Shown here in pieces: positions 49,748-58,839 of a stretch of 64,000 nt of DNA (position 1 is its first letter; each line of letters starts with the position of its first letter). The DNA comes from Dehalococcoidia bacterium. GTDB lineage: Bacteria > Chloroflexota > Dehalococcoidia > Bin125. The notes below the pieces were generated by a model. The model searched no databases. It had not been told where the DNA came from and saw only the letters and a list, made by a program, of their open reading frames with translations. The DNA lies in assembly GCA_965215375.1 (NCBI GenBank), contig CBDCDO010000002.1, positions 975,685-1,039,684 of the forward strand, read 5' to 3'. A program made the position numbers and the translations under genes.

Positions 49748-50845
49748 ATGACCACCACCACTGCCCCCTTCGCCTACGTCAGCACGACGTGGGACATCCC
49801 AACCCGCGTTCGCGACGCGCACATTCGCAGCTGGGAGCGACTCGCCGCGCCCGGCGAGTGGTGGAGCGGCGCTGAACGTGTCAGCATCGCCGCTGAGTCC
49901 CGTCGAGCCTCAGCCCTCGTCGACGGTCGCTCTGATCCCGGTCCCGGCCCCATCGACCTGCCAGAGGCGACCGTGTTCGCCGTCCACAAGCTGATCGGCG
50001 ACCTGCCCAACGTCACCCGCGAGTGGTACGACGAAACGATCCGCGCCGACGGTATGTCGGACGCCCATTACATCGAAATGCTCGGTGTGGTCGTCAATAT
50101 CTGGTCGGTGGACGAGTTTCACCGTGCGCTCGACATCGAGCTCGAACCGTTGCCCGAACCGATCGCGGGCGAGCCGACGCAGATTCGTCCAGCCGGCGCG
50201 AAAGAGCATGGCAGCTGGCCGCCAACCGTCTGGCCGAAGGACCTGGACGCGCGCGACTCCGACATCTACGGCGGCAACGAGTACGCAGCCAACGTCCGCG
50301 CCGCGATGAGTCTGCATCCCGACAGCGTTCGCTGGCTCGGCGAGCTGTTCGACGCCCACTACCTGAGCTGGATTGAGATCGCTGGCGAGCAGGAGTCGTT
50401 CCGAGTCCTCACCCGACCGCAGCGAGAGCTGGTCGCGGCCCGAGTGTCCGCCCTGAACGAGTGCTTCTATTGAACAATCTCACATGTCATGCTGCTCGGT
50501 CGGAGCAGCGACGAGAACGACACACTGAACCTCAACGGCACCGTCCGCAACGAGGTCGATAGCGGCGTCGAGCACGGCGAGGCCCTCTTGCGATTCGCCG
50601 ATGCTGCCGTCGGTCGGGCACCCGACCTCGCGCAGGCGCGTGAGGCTGTCCACGTTGCCATGGGAGCAGAAGGCGTGATCGACTGTGCTGCGGTGATCGC
50701 CAACTTCCAGCGCATGGTCAGAATCGCTGACGGCTGTGGGATCCCGCTCGATTCCACGACCGCAGAGACCAGCGAGCCTTGGAGAGACGCGCTCGGCATC
50801 AACGACTTCCGAAGCCGAAACAACACCTTCACGCCAAGCAGCTAG
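49748..50845 (+). CDS. AhpD/CMD-family candidate selenoprotein, tandem paralog (in-frame UGA at 50471-50473)
   Basis: ORFs 49583..50473 and 50489..50845 share a frame; read-through gives ...ARVSALNECFY-U-TISH-VMLLGRSSDENDTLNLNG; hairpin GCUGCUC-GGUCG-GAGCAGC at 50491-50509, 18 nt after UGA. Confidence 0.6.
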
Positions 50846-50877
50846 GGCGTGGTCACATAAGGCCATTCAGTCCAGGA

Positions 50878-51030
50878 GTTCCCGTCCAACCCACTGAGAT
50901 ATCCGTCATACCCGCGCTCCGCTGCGGGTATGACGCTGCATTTGGCGCCACTGTCTGTGCACAACTCGACGAGATTGCCCCCTGCATCAAGTGCGGGGCA
51001 GGCTACGACAAGCGCGGCGATGACGGAATT
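50878..51030. repeat. Family-A repeat variant (reverse-complement orientation of the 60064-60200 copy)
   Basis: GTCATACCCGCGCTCCGCTGCGGGTATGACG ... CGGCGATGACGGAATTCTGACGAAGCAGTTGGC. Confidence 0.55.
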
Positions 51031-51062
51031 CTGACGAAGCAGTTGGCTGATGTGAACCCGCC

Positions 51063-51233
51063 CTCGCCGAGGCTGCGGTGCGTGGTCGAGTTGCTGTCAC
51101 ATTCAGATAGGGGTAGCGTGGTTGATCCCAGCCCTTCGGCGCCTTTCCGAAGGGCCACGCCCAAGGAAGTGAGTCCAAATCCCGTACTTCGGAATCCGAA
51201 TCAGCCGAGTTGTTCCGCCAAAACCGACAACCT
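51063..51233 (-). ncRNA. tmRNA (ssrA) 5'-domain-like fragment; incomplete, possibly a remnant
   Basis: Minus-strand GGCUGAUUCGGAUUCCGAAGUACGGGAUUUGG resembles tmRNA 5' consensus GGGGCUGAUUCUGGAUUCGACGGGAUUUGCG; no tag ORF, T-arm or acceptor 3' strand found downstream; downstream region is a family-A repeat. Confidence 0.25.
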
Positions 51234-51368
51234 CTGGCTAACAGGAATCCCCATTCGCGGGCAGTGACGATCATCCCCAAGTCGACGTGGCGCCCAACGG
51301 CTGGGCTAACCCAAGTGCATCTCTACCCGGTAGGCGGACACGGGTACGGGGTGCCAAGGTGAAGCGAC

Positions 51369-52019
51369 GTGCCGAGACGTACTGCCCTGTTCATTGACTA
51401 CGAGAATTCCTACCGGAATGCTCGGTCGGTGTTTGAAACTAGCGAGTCCGGCTTCGCCGCCACGGACGGTCATTTCGACCCTTGGAGACTCGGCCAAACA
51501 ATTTGCAAGACCTACAACGGACGGCATCCGACCGAAGATCCTCTAGTGTTGGTCGGCGTTCTTGTTTATCGCGGAGAACCGACCAATCGCGAGCCTCAGT
51601 GGCAGAGCGAAGCTCGCGCGCGGGCCGATTCATGGCGTGGGTCTGGAGCCGAGGTTCATATGAGACCGCTTCGCTACGACGAGGAAACAGGTCGATCCTC
51701 AGAAAAGGGCGTTGATATGCAGCTAGGCATCCACTTCGTAACCAAGTCGCTCAAACGAGAGCATGATGTGGCAATTCTTTTCTCGGCGGATCACGACTTC
51801 ATCCCGGCACTACAGTACGTTCGCGACGAAACTGATTGTGAGGCACACGTTGCCGCATGGGGCGTTCGTGCCAACGGGGGATTTCTGAGCCTCCCAGGCA
51901 TTTCCCCATTCGTGCACTGGGTGTCCAAACGACACTTTGACACCGTCGCTGACGCGACCACGTACCCATCTCGAGCGCCTGGGCACGAGAACAACCGTCG
52001 GCGCAATCGCCGACGCTAG
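51369..52019 (+). CDS. NYN (LabA-like / PIN-like) domain protein
   Basis: 216 aa; ALFIDYENS..., GVDMQLGIHFV, AILFSADHDFIPALQYV; about 55% GC, lower than surroundings; basic C-terminal tail NNRRRNRRR. Confidence 0.8.
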   Translation: MPRRTALFIDYENSYRNARSVFETSESGFAATDGHFDPWRLGQTICKTYNGRHPTEDPLVLVGVLVYRGEPTNREPQWQSEARARADSWRGSGAEVHMRPLRYDEETGRSSEKGVDMQLGIHFVTKSLKREHDVAILFSADHDFIPALQYVRDETDCEAHVAAWGVRANGGFLSLPGISPFVHWVSKRHFDTVADATTYPSRAPGHENNRRRNRRR

Positions 52020-52021
52020 CC

Positions 52022-52918
52022 TCAGCGCGCTGATTCCATCTGTTCGATCTGCTCAGACCAAGCGAGGACGTTTTCGGCCTGCTCGAGGACGGGCTTGTCG
52101 ATCATCTGGCCGTCCAGCGCGACGGCGCCGAGATTCCGCTCGACGCCGTCTTGGTATGCCTCGACCACGCGTCGTGCCCAATCGACATCGTCAGCCGGCG
52201 GACTGAACATCCGGTTTGCCGGGCCGAGCTGGTCGGGGTGAATGCAGAACTTGCCCTGGAAGCCGATCTCTCGCATCCGCCGCAGTTCGTCTTCGTAGCC
52301 CTCTGGGTCGCGAATGTCTGTCCACGGTGTGTCGAGCGGTGCGATTCCAGCCGCGTGGGCCGCATTGACTGACGCGCGTCGCGCCAGTTCCAGCTCGGCC
52401 CCGCCCTTGGTCCGACGCACGCCGATGCTGACCGCGTAATCCTCGCCGCCGACACAGATGCCGACCAGACGCTCCGATGCTGCGCAGATCTCATACGCGT
52501 TCGCGACCGCGTGCGCGTTCTCGATCCATGCGGCGATCTTCACCTGTCCGTCCGACAGGCCACGCGCACGCTCGAGCAGGGTGAGATAGTCATGTATACG
52601 CTGGACGTCGCGAGCACATTCGATCTTCGACACGCTCACGCCGTCGAGCCACGGTTGGACGATCGCGTCGAGCTCCTGCTCGATCAGGCCGGTGTCATAG
52701 CCGTTCGTACGAACGAACACCTGCCGTCCGCGCTTGGGAAAGTCGGGCAGGACGCGACAGAGCAGGTCGCGCGCGGCTGGCTTGTCGTCCCACGCGACCG
52801 AGTCCTCGAGGTCGAAGCAGAGCACATCTGCCTCAGCATCTCGCGCCTTCTCGATAAATCGTTCGCGGATGCCAGGCACCGACAACATCGATCGCATTAC
52901 CACTGCATTGGCCGCCAC
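52022..52918 (-). CDS. CitE / HpcH-HpaI family acyl-CoA lyase (citryl-/malyl-/citramalyl-CoA lyase-like)
   Basis: 298 aa; N-terminal RSMLSVPGIRERFIEKARDAEADVLCFDLEDSV and central AAWIENAHAV motifs. Confidence 0.8.
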   Translation of the reverse strand: MAANAVVMRSMLSVPGIRERFIEKARDAEADVLCFDLEDSVAWDDKPAARDLLCRVLPDFPKRGRQVFVRTNGYDTGLIEQELDAIVQPWLDGVSVSKIECARDVQRIHDYLTLLERARGLSDGQVKIAAWIENAHAVANAYEICAASERLVGICVGGEDYAVSIGVRRTKGGAELELARRASVNAAHAAGIAPLDTPWTDIRDPEGYEDELRRMREIGFQGKFCIHPDQLGPANRMFSPPADDVDWARRVVEAYQDGVERNLGAVALDGQMIDKPVLEQAENVLAWSEQIEQMESAR

Positions 52919-53640
52919 TACGCTTCCTCCTCGGCTGCGTGAGCTGTTGTACTTGTTTCTGAGTTTGGTTGCGGGAAGGTCGACTGGAGTGGCTCCAGGT
53001 CGGCCGTCATGATCGTGGCGCAGCCGCGGAATCCCAACGCTGCAGCGGCCTTCGCCTGATCGGGCGCGTCATACACGACCGGCAAGTTGTACGCCGCCGC
53101 TGTGAGCACCACGCTCGACGCCGCGACCGCCACGGTCGGACTATCTGGCTCGACTCCGAGCGAGGCGGCCAGTTCTTCGTGGTTAAAGGCGATCCACGTC
53201 ATCCGATCAGCGGAATCGCGCATCGCCTTGAGCGCGTCGGACATCAGGTCCATCGCCAACGGATGCTCGAAGCCCACGGCCATCGCGGTCAAACCGGGAC
53301 GAATTCCCGCCCGCAGCTCCAGGTCTTCCAGCAACCCCTCGAGATATCGCAGTTGGTCGACACTGCTCGGAGGTCGAGAGGCCACGCCGTAGACGCCCGG
53401 CTGGAGCGTTTGGCGCAGGTAGTCCCTCGCCAAACCGGACGCGAGCGGTGGAATCGCCAGATAGACCGGCGGTCCGAGTTCTAGCACCGCGGCGACACGC
53501 TCGCGTTGGGCCGCAAACTGATCCGCATCCTCGGGCGCGACCAACACGAGGGCGCTCGCCTGCGCGACCGCCTCCGCAGACGGCAGCGGCCCCTCGGGCA
53601 GCAGGATCAATACGGCACGAACGTCATCCATCGCCGACAC
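52918..53640 (-). CDS. Divergent HpcH/CitE-like protein (translationally coupled upstream partner)
   Basis: 240 aa; weak CitE-like core (MTWIAFNHEELAASLGVEP); start/stop overlap at 52918. Confidence 0.4.
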   Translation of the reverse strand: MSAMDDVRAVLILLPEGPLPSAEAVAQASALVLVAPEDADQFAAQRERVAAVLELGPPVYLAIPPLASGLARDYLRQTLQPGVYGVASRPPSSVDQLRYLEGLLEDLELRAGIRPGLTAMAVGFEHPLAMDLMSDALKAMRDSADRMTWIAFNHEELAASLGVEPDSPTVAVAASSVVLTAAAYNLPVVYDAPDQAKAAAALGFRGCATIMTADLEPLQSTFPQPNSETSTTAHAAEEEA

Positions 53641-53664
53641 CCACGTCTCCGTCTGCTTCTTCGC

Positions 53665-55032
53665 TTAGCTGGGGTGAAATCCGTCGACCCGCTCGCGCAG
53701 GTCGTCGAACTGCTCAAACGGACCGACCACAGCCGCCGCGAGGTTGTCTTCGCGCACAATCCGCTCGGCGACACGCTGAATGTCCGCCGCGGAGACTGAC
53801 TGATAGCCCAAAATCGTCTCCTCGACCGGCTCGATGAAGTCGTTCGCGAGCAACATTCCCCCAGCGCGATGACACCAGCTCGCGGCGGCGTCGAGGCCGA
53901 GTCGGAACGAGCCAACCGTATGCTCGCGAACACGGTCGATCTCCTCATCGGTCACTGGTTCAGCGATGAGTTTGCTCAGCTCCTCGAGGACGACATCGAC
54001 CGTCTCGAGCACGTGTTCGCCGGTCACGCCGGCCACAATTGTGAGGTGTCCTGCGTCATCGAACGCCGTCGGGTATGAACCGACCGAGTAGGCCAGCCCG
54101 CGCTTCTCACGGATTTCGGTAAACAGTCGAGAACTCATTCCGCCGCCCAACACCTCATTCATCAGCGTGAGCGCGAAGCGATCCGGATCGTGTCGGTGTA
54201 TCGATCGCAGCGCCATCGCCAGACTGCACTGTTCCAGATCGCGGACCTCAATCGTCGCTCGATCATCGGCCATCGTCGCGTCCGCGGATATCCGAGCCGG
54301 CGTCGGCTCGACCGCCGAAGCCGCCCAACCGGCACCCCAATGACGTTCGGCCAGGGCCAATACTTCGTCCCGCTCGACGTTGCCGGCGACGGAGAGCACG
54401 ATGTTCGAGGGTCGGTACCAGGTGTCAATGTGGTTCGTCAGGTCGTCGCGGGTGATGGCGTCGACCGATGCCAAGTCGCCCGCGATCTCCCAGCCCAACG
54501 GCTGCTCGCCGTACGACGCTTGGGTCAGGAGCTGCGAAACTCGCTGGCCCGGCTGGTCGTGAGCGCGTCGAATCTCGGAGCAGATCACCGTGCGCTCGCG
54601 CTCGATCTCGGATTCGGCCATCAGGGAATGACGCACGGAGTCGGCCAGCACATCCATGGCCAGCGAGAGTCGGTCAAAGGGCACGCGGTTCCAGAAGCAG
54701 GTGGTCTCGCGCGATGTGAATGCGTTCAGCGATCCGCCGGCGCCCTCAATTGCCGCAGAGATCGCGGTCGGCTCCGGTCGAGACTCCGTGCCCTTGAACA
54801 GCATGTGTTCCAAGTAGTGGGAGAGGCCAAGCGTCCGACGAGCCTCGTCCCGCGATCCGACGCCCACGTAGGCTGCCAGCACAGCGGCCTGCGAGTGCGG
54901 AATCGACGTCACGACCACACGCAGTCCGTTGGGCAGGACATCAATGCTGGGCGTGACGGTGAGACGTTCGGCTGTTCGGTCTGACATGAGCAATCTCAGC
55001 ATACCCGCGCCACCAACCAAAGCCCCAACCAC
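53665..55032 (-). CDS. M16 family (pitrilysin/insulinase-like) zinc peptidase
   Basis: Inverted zinc motif HYLEHMLFKGT; start may be internal (MSDRT at about 54987). Confidence 0.8.
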   Translation of the reverse strand: MVGALVGGAGMLRLLMSDRTAERLTVTPSIDVLPNGLRVVVTSIPHSQAAVLAAYVGVGSRDEARRTLGLSHYLEHMLFKGTESRPEPTAISAAIEGAGGSLNAFTSRETTCFWNRVPFDRLSLAMDVLADSVRHSLMAESEIERERTVICSEIRRAHDQPGQRVSQLLTQASYGEQPLGWEIAGDLASVDAITRDDLTNHIDTWYRPSNIVLSVAGNVERDEVLALAERHWGAGWAASAVEPTPARISADATMADDRATIEVRDLEQCSLAMALRSIHRHDPDRFALTLMNEVLGGGMSSRLFTEIREKRGLAYSVGSYPTAFDDAGHLTIVAGVTGEHVLETVDVVLEELSKLIAEPVTDEEIDRVREHTVGSFRLGLDAAASWCHRAGGMLLANDFIEPVEETILGYQSVSAADIQRVAERIVREDNLAAAVVGPFEQFDDLRERVDGFHPS

Positions 55033-55035
55033 CGC

Positions 55036-55136
55036 TGAGATTATCCGTCACACCTGCCGAGCCATCCGTCATACCCGCGCTCACCGCGGGTATCCCCCTG
55101 CACTCCGCGGCAATGACGGAGTTCTGACTGAGCAGG
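55036..55136. repeat. Family-A repeat variant
   Basis: CCGTCATACCCGCGCTCACCGCGGGTATCCCCCTGCACTCCGCGGCAATGACGGAGTTCTGAC. Confidence 0.5.
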
Positions 55137-55144
55137 GGTCTAAT

Positions 55145-56104
55145 GTGAACACACCCTTGGGTGAGGGTCCCAAACATCCCACCTCAACAGATCAACCAAC
55201 CGCAGCCGCGGATCAGCACCAAGCTCGCCTGCCACCCCGCTATCGCAAGCGCGTGGCCCAGGAACCTGACATGCAAGCATTCGTCGAGGCCCGCTACGAC
55301 TATCACTGGGCCCCGCTGCTCGGCTGTCTGGTTGGTCACCTGGAACACATCGGGATTGCTCAGCCGAGCTCCACCATCGGCTCGGTGACGGGCATCAGCT
55401 ATCAGCCGCCCCAAGACGCCGAGCTGCCCGCCACATTGAGAGACGGCCTCGCTTCGCTGGGCGCATCCTCACAGGTCACTAATCTGACCGATCCCAACCG
55501 ACTGCAACGCTATCGCGCCCGTCGACACCTTCGCGGCGAGCTGCGTGCCGACCGACCGGTCACGACCTATGGCGTCGGCGTCTCGGCCTTCGGTCCGGCT
55601 TGGGGACTGGTTGTCGGCGTCGATGACGAGCGCCGCGCTTGGCGTCGCGACGGTCCGATGACTGAACAGGTCTCGCCTTGGCTCGCAGAGACCGAGTTCA
55701 ACGCCTCGCCGACGCTCATCTTGATCGCCGCGCGCAAGGTCAACGGGACCAACGAGCCCGATCCTGACCGTGTCGTCGAGGTCGCCGCCGAGGCGTTCGC
55801 GCGGTCGAAGGAGCGGGCACGATCGGACCTCGGCGACCGCATCGCGCTGCTGGATAGCTCGGTCGAGATCGAACCGCAACGGTACGCGCACGAAGCTCAG
55901 ACGCTGGCCGCCAACTGGGGCGAGGCCGCCACCTTCTGGCGCGAGATGTCGGACCCTGACATCACACCCATCGCCCAGCAGATGGCCGTCACCCTGTCTC
56001 GCTACGCGACGCTGTTTCCCTACCCAATGGGCGGACAGCCCAACCACCCTGGCGTCCGAAACGCCGCAGTTCGCGTGCTCAGCGAAGCCCGAACGCTGGT
56101 CTAA
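55145..56104 (+). CDS. Hypothetical protein (start uncertain: GTG 55145 or ATG 55274)
   Basis: About 280-320 aa ORF without recognizable motifs. Confidence 0.4.
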   Translation: MNTPLGEGPKHPTSTDQPTAAADQHQARLPPRYRKRVAQEPDMQAFVEARYDYHWAPLLGCLVGHLEHIGIAQPSSTIGSVTGISYQPPQDAELPATLRDGLASLGASSQVTNLTDPNRLQRYRARRHLRGELRADRPVTTYGVGVSAFGPAWGLVVGVDDERRAWRRDGPMTEQVSPWLAETEFNASPTLILIAARKVNGTNEPDPDRVVEVAAEAFARSKERARSDLGDRIALLDSSVEIEPQRYAHEAQTLAANWGEAATFWREMSDPDITPIAQQMAVTLSRYATLFPYPMGGQPNHPGVRNAAVRVLSEARTLV

Positions 56105-56109
56105 GCGGT

Positions 56110-56372
56110 TCAACCACCAGTGAGCGACGCAACAAGCAGGCCAATCAGGATCGCTCCGATGGTCAACAGCACCATGATGATTGCGAACGTTGCCTGGTAG
56201 ATCAGCGCCCTGAGCTCGAGGCGTAGCTGCTCAAATGCCGCCTGAGTCTCTTCTCTCGGCGTCATTCCTTCACTCATCTCGTCGAGCGCTTCGACGAACT
56301 CGTCCACTGGCTCTTCGTCCAGTCCCATCCGCCTGACCATGATGTTCCGAATCCGAAGTGGTATCAATGACA
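56110..56372 (-). CDS. Hypothetical small membrane protein
   Basis: 87 aa from MSLIPLRIRN; C-terminal TM helix FAIIMVLLTIGAILIGLLVASL. Confidence 0.35.
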
Positions 56373-56460
56373 TGACCCCAGCAACCCTCCTGAAATCCAC
56401 GATAGCGCCCGAGGCCTTCGTTGATACACTCCCAACGAACCAATGACGGAGACATCCATG

Positions 56461-56751
56461 TCGATCAGCGTCAAACTCTTCATGACCCTCGTACCCCTGT
56501 CGAAATCGAAACAGCCTCAACTTTCCGTCGACTGGTTCGACGGCATCACCGCGCAACACATCCTCGAGGCCGAGGAATTCTCCGCACAGGACCAGGATGC
56601 GATCGCGGTCGTGATCAACTCGGTCCAGGCCCAACCCGACGACCTGTTGAACGACGGCGACGAAGTCGATCTGCTTGTCAACATTCAGGGTGGGTCGACG
56701 CGTGGTGGATCGGAATCCGAGCGGTCAATCGCGGACCCTTGCGGGGAGTAG
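56461..56751 (+). CDS. ThiS/MoaD-like sulfur-carrier protein with C-terminal extension beyond the Gly-Gly
   Basis: ...AIAVVINSVQAQPDDLLNDGDEVDLLVNIQGG followed by 16 extra residues (STRGGSESERSIADPCGE); start uncertain. Confidence 0.5.
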   Translation, partial: SISVKLFMTLVPLSKSKQPQLSVDWFDGITAQHILEAEEFSAQDQDAIAVVINSVQAQPDDLLNDGDEVDLLVNIQGGSTRGGSESERSIADPCGE

Positions 56752-56761
56752 CATCGAACCA

Positions 56762-58477
56762 GTGAGCAGCGGCGATCCGTCACCGAAGTACATCTTCATC
56801 ACCGGCGGTGTCATCTCCTCCGTCGGCAAAGGGATCACCACCGCATCACTCGGTCGACTGCTCCAGTCCCGCGGACTCTCAGTCACCGTCCAGAAGCTCG
56901 ACCCCTATCTCAACGTCGACCCGGGCACGATGTCGCCCTACCAACACGGCGAGGTTTACGTCACCGACGATGGCGCCGAAACCGACCTCGACCTCGGTCA
57001 TTACGAACGATTTCTCGATCAGAACCTCACCGCTGCGTCCTCGGTCACGATGGGACAGATCTCAGCCGAGGTGATCGAGCGCGAACGGCGCGGCGACTAT
57101 CTCGGCGGCACCATTCAGACCATCCCGCACGTCACCGACCTCGTCAAGGAACGTGTCCGCGGCCTCGCCGAGCGAGAAGCGGTCGATGTCCTCATCGTCG
57201 AAATCGGCGGCACCGTCGGCGACATTGAGGGTCAGGCATTCCTCGAAGCGATCCGCCAGATGCGTTACGAGGAGCCACGACACGGCACACTGGCAATCCA
57301 CGTCACCCCACTCTTTCATCTCAAAGCGACCAATGAGCTCAAGACCAAGCCGACCCAGCACTCCGTCCGCACGCTGCGCAGCATGGGGATCCAGCCCGAC
57401 ATCATCGTCTCTCGCACCGATATCCCCGCCGACCGCTCGCTCACGGACAAACTCGCTCTGTTCTGCGACGTCCCCGCCGAAGCGGTGATGACCCTGGAAA
57501 CCGCCTCCTCCATCTACCAAGTCCCCGCAATCCTGGAACAGGCGGGCCTCACCGACCTCACCCTGGAGCGACTCGAGCTCACGCCCAAACCGTGCCAACC
57601 GGGTCGCTCGATTGCCTCATGGCTCGAATGGACCGACCGACTCTCCCAGACCGACCGCGTCTGCCGCGTGGCGATCGTCGGCAAGTATGTCGAGCTGCGC
57701 GATGCCTATCTCTCGGTCAAAGAGGCGCTGATCCATGCCGGTGCGCAGCGTGGCGCCGCTGTCGACATCACCTGGATCCAGTCCGATGACCTTGACGACG
57801 CCGAGCAGCCCGAAATCGCCGCGGCGCTCGCCGATGTCGATGGGGTGATCGTCCCCGGTGGATTCGGAGAGCGCGGCATTGAGGGTGAGGTTGGGGTCGC
57901 TCGATTCGCGCTCGAGCAGCACATTCCCTACCTCGGACTTTGCCGCGGGATGCAGAACATGGTGATCGCCTTCGCTCGCGAACGACTCGAGCTGTCCAGC
58001 GCCAACACGACCGAGGCCGATGAACACACCGACGATCCCGTCATCGCCCTCCTCGACGAGCAGCGCGAACTGACCCAAATGGGCGGCACAATGCGCCTCG
58101 GTCGATACCCCTGCCAGCTACTGCCCGAAACCCACGCCCACGATCTCTACCAGTCGGAGTACGCCTACGAACGTCATCGCCATCGCTGGGAGTTCAATCC
58201 GGAGTACCGAGAACGATTCGAGCGGGCCGGTCTGCTCGCCAGCGGCACCTCGCGCGATGGCGAGCTCGTCGAGATCGCCGAGGTCGCCGACCACCCGTTC
58301 ATGCTCGGCTCCCAGTTCCATCCCGAGCTCAAGTCGCGCCCCGAGCACTCACACCCGCTCTTCCTCGGCTTCATCGACTCCGTTCTCGCCGAGTCGGAGA
58401 CGGCCCTCCGACACCCAGTCGGAGCACCCTCGCGCCTCGGAGAGGCCACACCTCAACAAGGAGAATCTGGTGCATGA
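56762..58477 (+). CDS. pyrG: CTP synthase
   Basis: GTG start at VSSGDPSPKYIFITGGVISSVGKGITTAS; synthetase plus C-terminal GATase (LGLCRGMQ, H..E). Confidence 0.9.
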   Translation: MSSGDPSPKYIFITGGVISSVGKGITTASLGRLLQSRGLSVTVQKLDPYLNVDPGTMSPYQHGEVYVTDDGAETDLDLGHYERFLDQNLTAASSVTMGQISAEVIERERRGDYLGGTIQTIPHVTDLVKERVRGLAEREAVDVLIVEIGGTVGDIEGQAFLEAIRQMRYEEPRHGTLAIHVTPLFHLKATNELKTKPTQHSVRTLRSMGIQPDIIVSRTDIPADRSLTDKLALFCDVPAEAVMTLETASSIYQVPAILEQAGLTDLTLERLELTPKPCQPGRSIASWLEWTDRLSQTDRVCRVAIVGKYVELRDAYLSVKEALIHAGAQRGAAVDITWIQSDDLDDAEQPEIAAALADVDGVIVPGGFGERGIEGEVGVARFALEQHIPYLGLCRGMQNMVIAFARERLELSSANTTEADEHTDDPVIALLDEQRELTQMGGTMRLGRYPCQLLPETHAHDLYQSEYAYERHRHRWEFNPEYRERFERAGLLASGTSRDGELVEIAEVADHPFMLGSQFHPELKSRPEHSHPLFLGFIDSVLAESETALRHPVGAPSRLGEATPQQGESGA

Positions 58478-58596
58478 CGCTCGTTTCTCCCCATCGCAGG
58501 TCGAGGTGCCGTTGGCGGAGGGGCAAGCTCCACCCGCAAGCCGAAGTGGGAAGCTGTCTTATCGCAGCGGGACGCCGTTCCTGCATCCGCCAACAC

Positions 58597-58734
58597 CGTC
58601 ATTCCTGCGCGCAGCGCGGGAATCCCGAACGGGTCGGCAGGGCCGACGTCGCGCCTCGGACGTGTCGACGGCGTTGGCGGTCGGTGCTGGAATCAGCGAG
58701 ATACCCGCGACAAGCGCTGGTACGACGGATTTTG
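58597..58734. repeat. Family-A palindromic dispersed repeat
   Basis: CCGTCATTCCTGCGCGCAGCGCGGGAATCCCGAAC...GCGAGATACCCGCGACAAGCGCTGGTACGACGG. Confidence 0.6.
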
Positions 58735-58839
58735 GCGTAGGCGTTACAAGTGGCGCAACGTTACTCGTTGAACTCCCTGGGAGAGAGGGAGCTTACGTTC
58801 CTATCCCCTCTCCTTCTTGGACAGGGCGAGGGGCGTATG

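Noticed and set aside
50860-51300. Search for a tRNA-Sec (selC) next to the candidate selenoprotein genes
   Set aside because: No UCA anticodon loop in a tRNA context, no GGUUCGAnUCC T-loop on either strand; the region is a repeat copy plus the tmRNA-like fragment.
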